Part shown: positions 9,487 through 17,843 of the stretch, piece by piece
How positions within the stretch are numbered: position 1 is the stretch's first letter
How the letters are laid out: the number at the start of each line of letters is the position of its first letter
NCBI RefSeq assembly: GCF_055388945.1
Contig: NZ_AP042529.1
Reading direction: 5' to 3' (one strand)
DNA length: 24,000 nt
The notes under the pieces: model-generated
Databases searched by the model: none
What the model was told of the DNA's origin: nothing
The model's input: only the letters and a program-made list of their open reading frames with translations
Translations under genes and position numbers: made by a program

Positions 9487-9581
9487 AAATCTGTGCGTTT
9501 TTGCGAGCCGCTTTCCCGTTATTCCATCACCTCATTGCCGACCTTTCCTTTTCTTCTTACCGTTGAGAAAAAGGAGTTGCC

Positions 9582-10079
9582 ATGTCTGAATATCGTCGGT
9601 ATTACATCAAAGGGGGAACCTGGTTTTTCACGGTTAACCTACGAAATCGTCGAAGCCACCTTCTGACCGCTCAGTTCCAGATGCTCCGTAACGCCATTAT
9701 TAACGTTAAGCGAGACAGACCTTTTGAAATTAACGCCTGGGTCGTTTTGCCGGAGCATATGCATTGCATATGGACATTACCCGAAAGCGATGATGATTTT
9801 TCCTCCCGCTGGCGGGAGATTAAAAAGCAGTTCACCCATGCTTGTGGATTGAAAAATATCTGGCAACCACGTTTTTAGGAGCACACCATCCGCAATACCA
9901 AAGACTATCGCCATCATGTTGATTATATTTATATAAATCCAGTAAAACATGGCTGGGTAAAGCAAGTGAGTGATTGGCCATTCTCAACGTTCCATCGCGA
10001 TGTGGCGCGAGGGTTATATCCCATTGATTGGGCGGGAGACATAACGGATTTTAGTGCCGGGGAGCGTATCATTTCATAA
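9582..10079 (+). pseudogene. rayT: rayT (yafM) REP-associated tyrosine transposase, interrupted by an in-frame amber codon
   Basis: MSEYRRYYIKGGTWFFTVNLRNRR... with the HUH motif LPEHMHCIW. TAG at 9876-9878 replaces the codon I recall as Trp in K-12 (PRFWEHAIRN). The same frame continues EHTIRNTKDYRHHVDYIYINPVKHGWVKQVSDWPFSTFHRDVARGLYPIDWAGDITDFSAGERIIS to TAA at 10077-10079, giving a 165-codon frame in total. Confidence 0.85.
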
Positions 10080-10091
10080 TTGTGCGCTGGT

Positions 10092-10210
10092 GCCGGATGC
10101 CTGATGCGACGCTGGCGCGTCTTATCATGCCTACAAAACTGCACTCAACCGTAGGCCGGATAAGGCGTTCACGCCGCATCCGGCAATTGTGCACCAATGC
10201 CGGATGCGCC
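10092..10210. repeat. REP cluster downstream of rayT
   Basis: REP B copy at 10099-10134: GCCTGATGCGACGCTGGCGCGTCTTATCATGCCTAC. REP A copy at 10151-10184: GTAGGCCGGATAAGGCGTTCACGCCGCATCCGGC. Partial arms lie at 10092-10098 and 10199-10210. Confidence 0.8.
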
Positions 10211-10223
10211 CCTTAAAGGCCAA

Positions 10224-11963
10224 TCAACTCAACGCCCCCATTATCTTCAACTCCAGCTCATCCGGCACTTCGTTATACGACAGCACATGCAGCCCCGGCG
10301 CAAACAACCTTGCATAGCGCGCCAGCAAAGGGCGCAGCTGCGGCGGCACCAGCAGCACCGGGTCTTTCCCCGCCGCTTTCATCTGCTCTTTCACCTGCGG
10401 CATCGTGCTCTGGAACTGGTTGAGCATATTCGGGTCCACTGGCACGCTGTCGAGCATCACTTTACCGCCCTGTTGCGCCTGATTCACTACGTTAGTCAGC
10501 AGATTTTCCAGCTCATTATTCAGCGTATACACCGTCAGCTCCTGCTTGCGAACGAACGGATGGGTAATGCTGCGCCGCAGCGCCAGGCGCACATCGGCCG
10601 CCAGCAGAATATGATCTTTAGTCACCGCGCTACTGGCGACCAGCACGGTGGCGATGGTGACGATATCGCGCAGGGAAACGCCTTCGGTCAGCAGCGCACG
10701 GTACACTTTCAGCAACTGGCTGTAATTCAGCGCCGCGCTCAAATCTTCCGCCAGGCGCGGGGCCATCGACGACAGGCGGTTATGCAGCTGCGTGATGTCA
10801 TCATAATTAAACAAATCAGGAATATAGCTGCGCACAATCTTGTTCACATGCGTGGCAATCACGCTGGCGCTGTCGATCACCTGATACCCCATATTCAGCG
10901 CCTTCGCCTTCTGCGCGGGCTGGATCCAGGTCACCGGCATCCCGTACGCCGGGTCGTTCCCCAGCACGCCGTCAATCTCGCCGTAGGTTTCGCTGGAGGG
11001 CAGCGCCATCAGTTTATCCGCCGGAATATCCGCTTCATCGGCCTTAATGCCGTTGATGAAAATGGCGTACTGGCTGGGCTTGAGGCGGAAGTTTTCCCGA
11101 ATGCGGATCTCCGGCAGCAGCACGCCGTTACCGTCGGATATCACCTGCCGTACGCCGCGAATACGCTGGGTGAGCGGGTTGCCCTGCGCTTTATCGACCA
11201 GCGCCACCAGCTTGTAGCCGAGGCTTAAACTGATAGGCTCGATAAGCGGAATGGTTTCCCAACTGACCTGTTGCTCGCTGGTTTCAGTGATGGTGCGGGT
11301 CAGCGTTTCGAGGCTTTTCTCTTCCGCCTCCGCCGCCTGCGGCTGTTTGCTCATCCGCCAGCCGGTAAAACCCAGCAGGGCGCTGAACAGCAAAAACGGC
11401 AGGTGCGGCATTCCCGGCACCACCGCCAGCACAAACATAATCCCGGTGGCGGTGTAGAGCACCGACGGGCTTGCCAGCAGCTGGTGGCGCACGTCATGGG
11501 CGATATCGCCGTTGTCGCTGACGCGGGTGACGATAATCGCCGCTGCGGTGGAGAGCAGGAGGGAAGGGATCTGCGCCACCAGCCCATCGCCGATGGTCAT
11601 CAGCACATATTGCTGGAAGGCGGCGTCGGCGCTCAGGTTGTATTTAAATATCCCGATACAGACGCCGCCGATCAGGTTAATCGCCAGAATCATCATCCCG
11701 GCGATGGCATCCCCGCGCACAAACTTCGATGCCCCGTCCATCGCGCCGTAGAAATCGGCCTCGCTGGCAACATCTTTACGCCGGGTTTGCGCCTGTGCCT
11801 GGTTGATCAATCCGGCGTTAAGATCGGCGTCAATCGCCATCTGTTTGCCGGGCATCGCATCCAGGGTAAAGCGGGCAGAAACCTCGGAAATACGCTCGGC
11901 CCCTTTGGTGACGACGATAAAGTTGATTGTCAACAGCGTCAGTAAATCCGAGCGTGAAAGCAT
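10224..11963 (-). pseudogene. lfhA: lfhA (fhiA): N-terminally truncated FlhA homologue of the Flag-2 lateral flagellar export apparatus
   Basis: 579-aa ORF with FHIPEP signatures RFTLDAMPGKQMAIDADLNAGL and FYGAMDGASKFVRGDAIAG. Roughly the first 100+ residues (TM helices) of an FlhA-type protein are missing. The apparent start codon is fortuitous, lying at the deletion junction. Confidence 0.85.
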
Positions 11964-12693
11964 TATCGCCGCGCTGCACGGGCAGTCGATTTTTAACGGT
12001 GGTGGGCTGTCGCCGTTAAATAAAATCAGCCCGTCTCATCCGCCAAAACCTGCCACCGTGGCGGTGCCGGAAGAGACGGAGAAAAAAGCGCGTGATGTGA
12101 ATGAGAAAACGGCGCTGCTGAAGAAGAAATCCGCCACCGAGCTTGGCGAGCTGGCAACCAGTATCAACACCATTGCCCGTGATGCGCATATGGAAGCGAA
12201 TCTGGAGATGGAGATTGTCCCGCAGGGATTACGCGTGCTGATTAAAGACGACCAGAATCGCAATATGTTCGAACGCGGCAGCGCGCAGATTATGCCGTTC
12301 TTTAAAACTTTGCTGGTGGAGCTCGCGCCAGTGTTCGACTCGCTCGATAACAAAATTATTATTACCGGGCATACCGATGCGATGGCCTACAAAAACAATA
12401 TCTACAACAACTGGAACCTTTCGGGCGATCGCGCGCTTTCAGCTCGTCGGGTGCTGGAAGAGGCCGGAATGCCGGAAGATAAAGTGATGCAGGTAAGCGC
12501 AATGGCGGACCAGATGCTGCTGGACGCGAAAAATCCGCAAAGCGCGGGCAACCGACGCATTGAGATTATGGTGCTGACCAAAAGTGCGTCCGATACGCTG
12601 TATCAATACTTTGGTCAGCATGGGGATAAAGTGGTGCAGCCGCTGGTGCAAAAGCTGGATAAGCAGCAGGTGCTTTCGCAGCGAACGCGCTAA
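11947..12693 (+). pseudogene. lafU: lafU (mbhA): N-terminally truncated MotB-like lateral flagellar motor protein
   Basis: OmpA/MotB C-terminal domain motifs: IITGHTDAMAY, NWNLSGDRALSARRVL, NRRIEIMVL. There is no N-terminal TM/plug region. The ORF-track start at 11803 is an artefact read antisense through lfhA. The homology start near 11947 is approximate. Confidence 0.8.
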
Positions 12694-12731
12694 ATGCTGA
12701 ATCTTTACGCATTTCTCAAACCCTGAAATCA

Positions 12732-12747
12732 CTGTATACTTTACCAG
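12732..12747. promoter_or_regulatory. LexA (SOS) box of dinB
   Basis: CTGTATACTTTACCAG fits CTG-N10-CAG within CACTGTATACTTTACCAGTG. It lies 17 nt upstream of the dinB ATG and is recognised as the published dinB operator. Confidence 0.85.
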
Positions 12748-12763
12748 TGTTGAGAGGTGAGTA

Positions 12764-13819
12764 ATGCGTAAAATCATTCATGTGGATATGGACTGCTTTT
12801 TCGCCGCAGTGGAGATGCGCGACAATCCCGCCCTGCGCGATATCCCTATTGCTATTGGCGGCAGCCGCGAACGTCGGGGGGTGATCAGCACCGCCAATTA
12901 TCCCGCGCGTAAATTTGGCGTACGCAGCGCTATGCCGACAGGGATGGCGCTCAAATTATGCCCACATCTCACCTTGCTTCCGGGGCGCTTTGACGCCTAC
13001 AAAGAAGCCTCAAATCATATCCGTGAAATCTTCTCGCGCTACACCTCGCGTATTGAACCGTTGTCACTGGATGAAGCCTACCTCGATGTCACTGATAGCG
13101 TCCATTGCCACGGTTCTGCGACCCTCATCGCCCAGGAAATCCGCCAGACAATTTTCAGCGAGCTGCAACTGACGGCGTCTGCGGGCGTGGCACCAGTAAA
13201 GTTTCTCGCCAAAATCGCCTCCGACATGAATAAACCCAACGGCCAGTTTGTGATTACGCCGGCAGAAGTTTCGGCATTTCTGCAAACCTTACCGCTGGCA
13301 AAAATTCCCGGTGTTGGCAAAGTCTCAGCGGCAAAGCTGGAAGCGATGGGGCTGCGGACCTGCGGTGATGTACAAAAGTGTGATCTGGTGATTCTGCTTA
13401 AACGCTTTGGCAAATTTGGCCGCATTTTGTGGGAGCGTAGTCAGGGGATTGACGAGCGCGACGTTAACAGCGAACGGTTACGAAAATCCGTCGGCGTGGA
13501 ACGCACGATGGCGGAAGATATTCATCACTGGTCTGAATGTGAAGCGATTATCGAGCGGCTGTATCCGGAACTTGAACGCCGTCTGGCAAAGGTAAAACCT
13601 GATTTACTGATTGCTCGCCAGGGGGTGAAATTAAAGTTCGACGATTTTCAGCAAACCACCCAGGAGCACGTCTGGCCGCGGCTGAATAAAGCTGACTTAA
13701 TCGCCACCGCGCGTAAAACCTGGGATGAACGCCGCGGCGGGCGCGGTGTGCGACTGGTGGGGCTGCATGTGACGTTGCTTGACCCTCAAATGGAAAGACA
13801 ACTGGTGCTGGGATTATGA
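12764..13819 (+). CDS. dinB: DNA polymerase IV (Y-family translesion polymerase)
   Basis: 351 aa, [33 protein letters not shown]..., with Y-family catalytic motifs ([15 protein letters not shown]). SD GAGGTG lies upstream. Confidence 0.97.
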   Translation: MRKIIHVDMDCFFAAVEMRDNPALRDIPIAIGGSRERRGVISTANYPARKFGVRSAMPTGMALKLCPHLTLLPGRFDAYKEASNHIREIFSRYTSRIEPLSLDEAYLDVTDSVHCHGSATLIAQEIRQTIFSELQLTASAGVAPVKFLAKIASDMNKPNGQFVITPAEVSAFLQTLPLAKIPGVGKVSAAKLEAMGLRTCGDVQKCDLVILLKRFGKFGRILWERSQGIDERDVNSERLRKSVGVERTMAEDIHHWSECEAIIERLYPELERRLAKVKPDLLIARQGVKLKFDDFQQTTQEHVWPRLNKADLIATARKTWDERRGGRGVRLVGLHVTLLDPQMERQLVLGL

Positions 13820-13870
13820 TGTATACTATTATGTATATTCTGGTGTGCATTATTATGAGGGGATCACTGT

Positions 13871-14164
13871 ATGCATCGAATTCTCGCTGAAAAATCGGTC
13901 AATATCACTGAATTACGTAAAAACCCAGCTAAATACTTTATTGATCAACCGGTTGCGGTTCTTTCTAATAATCGCCCCGCAGGATATCTCTTAAGTGCCA
14001 GCGCATTCGAAGCGTTAATGGACATGCTTGCTGAACAAGAGGAGAAAAAGCCCATAAAGGCGCGCTTCCGTCCAAGTGCTGCAAGATTAGAGGAAATTAC
14101 ACGCCGAGCTGAAAAATATCTTAATGATATGACGGATGATGATTTCAATGACTTTAAGGAATAA
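13871..14164 (+). CDS. yafN: Antitoxin YafN (Phd/YefM family)
   Basis: 97 aa, MHRILAEKSVNITELRKNPAKYFIDQPVAVLSNNRPAGYLLS... Recognised as E. coli YafN. Its stop lies 2 nt before the yafO ATG. Confidence 0.93.
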   Translation: MHRILAEKSVNITELRKNPAKYFIDQPVAVLSNNRPAGYLLSASAFEALMDMLAEQEEKKPIKARFRPSAARLEEITRRAEKYLNDMTDDDFNDFKE

Positions 14165-14166
14165 GG

Positions 14167-14565
14167 ATGCGGGTATTCAAAACAAAACTTATTCGCCTGC
14201 AACTTACAGCAGAGGAGCTTGATGCGTTAACGGCGGATTTTATTTCCTATAAGCGTGACGGTGTTTTGCCAGATATATTTGGTCGCGATGCACTCTACGA
14301 CGACTCGTTTACTTGGCCATTAATCAAATTTGAGCGAGTTGCTCATATTCATCTGGCAAATGTGAATAATCCATTTCCGCCACAGTTGCGCCAATTCAGC
14401 AGAACGAATGACGAATCGCATTTGGTATATTGTCAGGGTGCGTTTGATGAGCAAGCATGGTTGCTCATTGCCATTCTGAAACCTGAACCTCATAAACTGG
14501 CTCGAGATAACAACCAAATGCATAAAATTGGGAAAATGGCAGAAGCGTTTCGCATGCGTTTTTGA
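14167..14565 (+). CDS. yafO: Ribosome-dependent mRNA interferase toxin YafO
   Basis: 132 aa, MRVFKTKLIRLQLTAEELDALTADFISYKRDG... Recognised as E. coli YafO and apparently translationally coupled to yafN. Confidence 0.93.
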   Translation: MRVFKTKLIRLQLTAEELDALTADFISYKRDGVLPDIFGRDALYDDSFTWPLIKFERVAHIHLANVNNPFPPQLRQFSRTNDESHLVYCQGAFDEQAWLLIAILKPEPHKLARDNNQMHKIGKMAEAFRMRF

Positions 14566-14574
14566 ATTTATATT

Positions 14575-15027
14575 ATGAATAACATACAAATAAGAAACTA
14601 TCAGCCTGGCGATTTTCAGCAACTATGCGCTATTTTCATTAGAGCGGTTATGATGACCGCCAGTCAGCATTATTCACCACAACAAATTGCCGCCTGGGCG
14701 CAGATTGACGAATCTCGCTGGAAGGAGAAACTCGCGAAATCACAAGTGCGGGTTGCAGTCATTAATGCACAACCGGTTGGTTTTATTTCCCGCATTGAAC
14801 ATTATATCGATATGTTATTTGTTGACCCTGAATACACCCGCCGTGGGGTTGCCAGCGCTTTGTTAAAACCTTGGATTAAGTCTGAATCCGAACTTACGGT
14901 GGACGCCAGCATAACCGCAAAACCCTTTTTTGAACGTTATGGTTTTCAGACAGTTAAGCAGCAGCGCGTTGAATGCCGGGGAGCGTGGTTTACTAATTTT
15001 TCTATGCGATATAAACCGCAACATTAA
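14575..15027 (+). CDS. yafP: GNAT-family N-acetyltransferase YafP
   Basis: 150 aa with the GNAT acetyl-CoA-binding region LFVDPEYTRRGVASALL. It is the last gene of the dinB operon in E. coli. Confidence 0.9.
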   Translation: MNNIQIRNYQPGDFQQLCAIFIRAVMMTASQHYSPQQIAAWAQIDESRWKEKLAKSQVRVAVINAQPVGFISRIEHYIDMLFVDPEYTRRGVASALLKPWIKSESELTVDASITAKPFFERYGFQTVKQQRVECRGAWFTNFSMRYKPQH

Positions 15028-15205
15028 ATCCAGCTTGCAATGAAAATAACGCCCGCCTGGTATGTGCGCGTTTTCTTATTCCACAAACTGCAAGGAGGTA
15101 AATCATGACAAATCCTTTATCAATGACTCTTTGCAGACCTTTCCAGGATTAATTCTTTTTTTTCTTGCCCTGGATTCGTCTGCCATTTCCTGATTTTTAT
15201 ATTTA

Positions 15206-15332
15206 TATACTCTAAATAATTCGAGTTGCAGGAAGGCGACAAGCGAGTGAATCCCCAGGAGCTTACATAAGTAAGTGACTGGGGTGAACGAACGCAGTCG
15301 CAGTACATGCAACTTGAAGTATGACGAGTATA
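15206..15332. repeat. ERIC / IRU (enterobacterial repetitive intergenic consensus) element, full length (127 bp)
   Basis: Contains GTGAATCCCCAGGAGCTTACAT (complement of the ERIC1R primer) immediately followed by AAGTAAGTGACTGGGGTGAACG (ERIC2 primer, 1 mismatch). The terminal inverted ends are TATACTC...GAGTATA. Confidence 0.85.
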
Positions 15333-15333
15333 A

Positions 15334-15600
15334 ATGGAATGGTACATGGGCAAATATATTCGTCCCTTATCCGATGCGGTATTTACCATCGCATCTGATG
15401 ACCTGTGGATCGAGAGTTTAGCGATCCAACAATTACACACCACGGCAAATTTACCCAACATGCAGCGCGTAGTGGGGATGCCAGATTTACACCCCGGACG
15501 CGGCTACCCGATTGGCGCAGCGTTCTTCTCTGTTGGTCGTTTTTACCCGACAAGACGTCGCGGTAACGGTGCTGGAAACAGAAACGGGCCGCTACTCTGA
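15334..15600 (+). pseudogene. ykfJ: ykfJ: N-terminal fragment of an RtcB-family RNA ligase (rtcB2) that runs out of frame into prfH
   Basis: ...[33 protein letters not shown] resembles the RtcB N-terminal metal-site region (MPDxHxGxG). RtcB-like sequence stops near 15544. The remaining 18 codons ([16 protein letters not shown]) are prfH DNA read in the wrong frame. Confidence 0.75.
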
Positions 15601-16069
15601 CACGCTGCGTTCGGCGCTGATTTCTCTGGATGGCGACAACGCATGGGCGTTAAGCGAAAGTTGGTGCGGCACTATTCAGTGGATTTGTCTGAGTCCGTAT
15701 CGGCCTCATCATGGGCGCAAAAACTGGTTTCTGGGCATTGGGCGTTTTACCGCTGATGAGCAGGAACAATCGGATGCAATCCGTTATGAGACGCTGCGTC
15801 CGTCGGGGCCGGGCGGTCAACATGTCAATAAAACCGACTCGGCGGTACGCGCCACGCATCTGGCAACCGGGATTAGCGTGAAGGTTCAGTCAGAACGCAG
15901 CCAGCATGCTAACAAACGGCTGGCGCGATTGCTGATTGCCTGGAAGCTGGAGCAGCAGCAACAGGAAAATAGCGCAGTGCTGAAATCGCAGCGGCGAATG
16001 TTCCATCACCAGATTGAACGTGGCAACCCGCGACGAACGTTCACAGGGATGGCTTTTATCGAAGGATAA
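15545..16069 (+). pseudogene. prfH: prfH: N-terminally truncated class-I release-factor homologue PrfH
   Basis: [30 protein letters not shown]... with the peptidyl-tRNA hydrolase GGQ motif ([21 protein letters not shown]). About 40 N-terminal codons of full-length PrfH and any native start codon are missing. K-12 annotates a 166-aa product, which would correspond to a GTG start near 15569. Confidence 0.8.
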
Positions 16070-16081
16070 TGAAGGATGAAA

Positions 16082-16113
16082 CTGCCGGAAGGCGATTAAA
16101 CGCCATCCGGCAG
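16082..16113. terminator. Bidirectional terminator hairpin between convergent prfH and pepD
   Basis: 13-bp stem with one mismatch: CTGCCGGAAGGCG / CGCCATCCGGCAG, with a 6-nt loop ATTAAA. Confidence 0.7.
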
Positions 16114-16125
16114 CAAATCAAATAA

Positions 16126-17583
16126 TTACTTCGCCGGAATTTCTTTCAGCAGTTCAGTCAGCAGTGTCCAGTAATGACCTACGCTTTCGATGTGAACTTG
16201 CTCATCCGGAGAGTGTGGACCGGTGATTGTTGGCCCGATAGAAACCATGTCCATTTCCGGATACGGTTTTTTGAACAGACCACATTCCAGGCCCGCGTGG
16301 ATAATCTGGATGTTCGGCGTCTTGTTGAACAGGCGCTGATAGGTTTCACGTACCAGATGCATCACCGGAGAATTAGCGTCCGGCTGCCAGCCAGGATATG
16401 CGCCTTTCGCTTCGGTTTTCGCGCCAGCCAGTTTACCCAGCGAATCCAGCATGCTCACCACGTAGTCTTTACCGCTGTCGATCAGAGAACGGATCAGACA
16501 GTGAATTTCTACGTTATTGTCAGTCATGGTCACCACACCGACGTTCAGGGAGGTTTCGACCACACCTTTTGCCACGTCGGAGTTGCGGATCACACCGTTC
16601 GGGGTGGCGTTCAGCAGACGAATAAAGGTATCGCGAGATTTCGCAATCAGGGCAGCTTTATCGTTCGCTACAGAGTCCAGCAACAAGGCCAGATTTTTCT
16701 CTTTCTCTGCCAGCTCGTTTTTCAGGATCTCCTGATAGGTATTCACCAGAGATTTCAGGGCGTCGACTTTATCAGCTGCGACAGCAATGGTCGCAAAGGC
16801 TTCACGCGGGATGGCGTTACGCAGTGTGCCGCCGTTGAAATCAATAAGACGCAGGTCCAGTTCTTCTGCATGACCCGCCAGGAAGCGCACCAGCAGTTTG
16901 TTGGCATTACCCAGGCCAACGTGGATTTCCCCGCCGGAGTGACCGCCTTTCAGACCTTTTAAGGTTAACTTGAAGGTTTCAAAACCAGCTGGAACCGCTT
17001 CACGATCTAAATGCAGGTTGGAGGTGAAGTCGATACCCCCCGCGCAACCCATGTAGATTTCACCTTCTTCTTCGGAGTCGGTGTTAATCAGAATATCAGC
17101 CTGCAACCAGTTGCTCTGTAAGCCGAACGCACCGTCCATACCGGCTTCTTCGGTCATGGTCAGCAGCACTTCCAGCGGGCCGTGAACCACGTTTTCGTCA
17201 GCCAGAACCGCCAGTGCAGAGGCCATACCAATGCCGTTATCCGCACCCAGCGTGGTGCCGCGCGCTTTAACCCATTCGCCATCAATATATGGCTGGATAG
17301 GATCTTTCGTGAAGTCATGCACGGTGTCGTTATTTTTCTGCGGCACCATATCGAGGTGGGCCTGCAAGACGACCGGTTTACGATTTTCCATACCTGCGGT
17401 AGCAGGTTTACGAATCAGGATATTACCTACCTGATCGCGTTCGACATGGAAACCTTTCTCTTTTGCCCAACCAACAATGTATTCAGCGAGTTGCTCTTCA
17501 TGATAGGACGGGTGAGGAATAGAACAGATTTTGGCAAAAATATCCCACAGCGGCTGTGGAGATAATTGAGACAGTTCAGACAC
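16126..17583 (-). CDS. pepD: Aminoacyl-histidine dipeptidase (Xaa-His dipeptidase, peptidase M20C) PepD
   Basis: 485 aa, MSELSQLSPQPLWDIFAKICSIPHPSYHEEQLAEYIV... GTG start 7 nt after AAGGAG. M20 metal-site motifs are present (AHLDMV, GADNGIG). Confidence 0.97.
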   Translation of the reverse strand: MSELSQLSPQPLWDIFAKICSIPHPSYHEEQLAEYIVGWAKEKGFHVERDQVGNILIRKPATAGMENRKPVVLQAHLDMVPQKNNDTVHDFTKDPIQPYIDGEWVKARGTTLGADNGIGMASALAVLADENVVHGPLEVLLTMTEEAGMDGAFGLQSNWLQADILINTDSEEEGEIYMGCAGGIDFTSNLHLDREAVPAGFETFKLTLKGLKGGHSGGEIHVGLGNANKLLVRFLAGHAEELDLRLIDFNGGTLRNAIPREAFATIAVAADKVDALKSLVNTYQEILKNELAEKEKNLALLLDSVANDKAALIAKSRDTFIRLLNATPNGVIRNSDVAKGVVETSLNVGVVTMTDNNVEIHCLIRSLIDSGKDYVVSMLDSLGKLAGAKTEAKGAYPGWQPDANSPVMHLVRETYQRLFNKTPNIQIIHAGLECGLFKKPYPEMDMVSIGPTITGPHSPDEQVHIESVGHYWTLLTELLKEIPAK

Positions 17584-17843
17584 GTTAAGTCTCCTTGTCG
17601 ATCACCCGCAAAACAGTATTGCAGGTCACAGGGTTAGCAGAAAATGTTGTCAACACAAGACAGGCTTGCGAGATATGTTTGAGAATACCACTTTATCCCG
17701 CGTCAGGGAGAGGCAGTGCGTAAAAAGACGCGGACTCATGTGAAATACTGGTTTTTAGTGCGCCAGATCTCTATAATCTCGCGCAACCTATTTTCCCCTC
17801 GAACACTTTTTAAGCCGTAGATAAACAGGCTGGGACACTTCAC

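Noticed and set aside
9403-10210. Possibility that the repeated about 35-nt units around rayT are a small CRISPR array
   Set aside because: The units are classical REP palindromes of two classes in mixed orientation. Their spacing is irregular (14-16 nt within pairs and about 600 nt between pairs). There is no leader and there are no cas genes.
10197-11945. Long + strand ORFs (10197-11228, 343 aa; 11271-11945, 224 aa; plus smaller ones) that could look like unannotated genes
   Set aside because: They run antisense to the lfhA frame, which carries strong FHIPEP motifs. Their products are low-complexity and rich in R/H/Q/G, with no recognisable domains and no SD. These are typical shadow ORFs in GC-rich coding DNA.
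11803-11946. N-terminal 48 codons of the 296-aa ORF containing lafU
   Set aside because: This stretch is the reverse complement of lfhA coding sequence. The MotB-like homology only begins near 11947, so the long ORF is a chimera created by the Flag-2 deletion.
13808-13870. Direct repeat ATGTATA (13819-13825 and 13831-13837) and CTGTAT near 13868 as a possible extra LexA or YafN operator upstream of yafN
   Set aside because: No CTG-N10-CAG arrangement is present. The repeats are short and AT-rich, so chance occurrence cannot be excluded from sequence alone.
15048-15080. Possible rho-independent terminator after yafP (AACGCCCGC...GCGCGTT followed by TTCTTATT)
   Set aside because: Only about 5 clean base pairs can be drawn and the stem has several mismatches. 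This is too weak to call as a feature.
15103-15461. Minus-strand ORFs of 69 and 113 aa between yafP and prfH
   Set aside because: They read straight through the ERIC repeat and the antisense of the ykfJ fragment. ORFs spanning ERIC elements are a recurrent annotation artefact.
16174-17565. + strand ORFs of 262, 127, 75, 72 and 67 aa within pepD
   Set aside because: They are antisense shadows of pepD. No start context or domain-like sequence is present.
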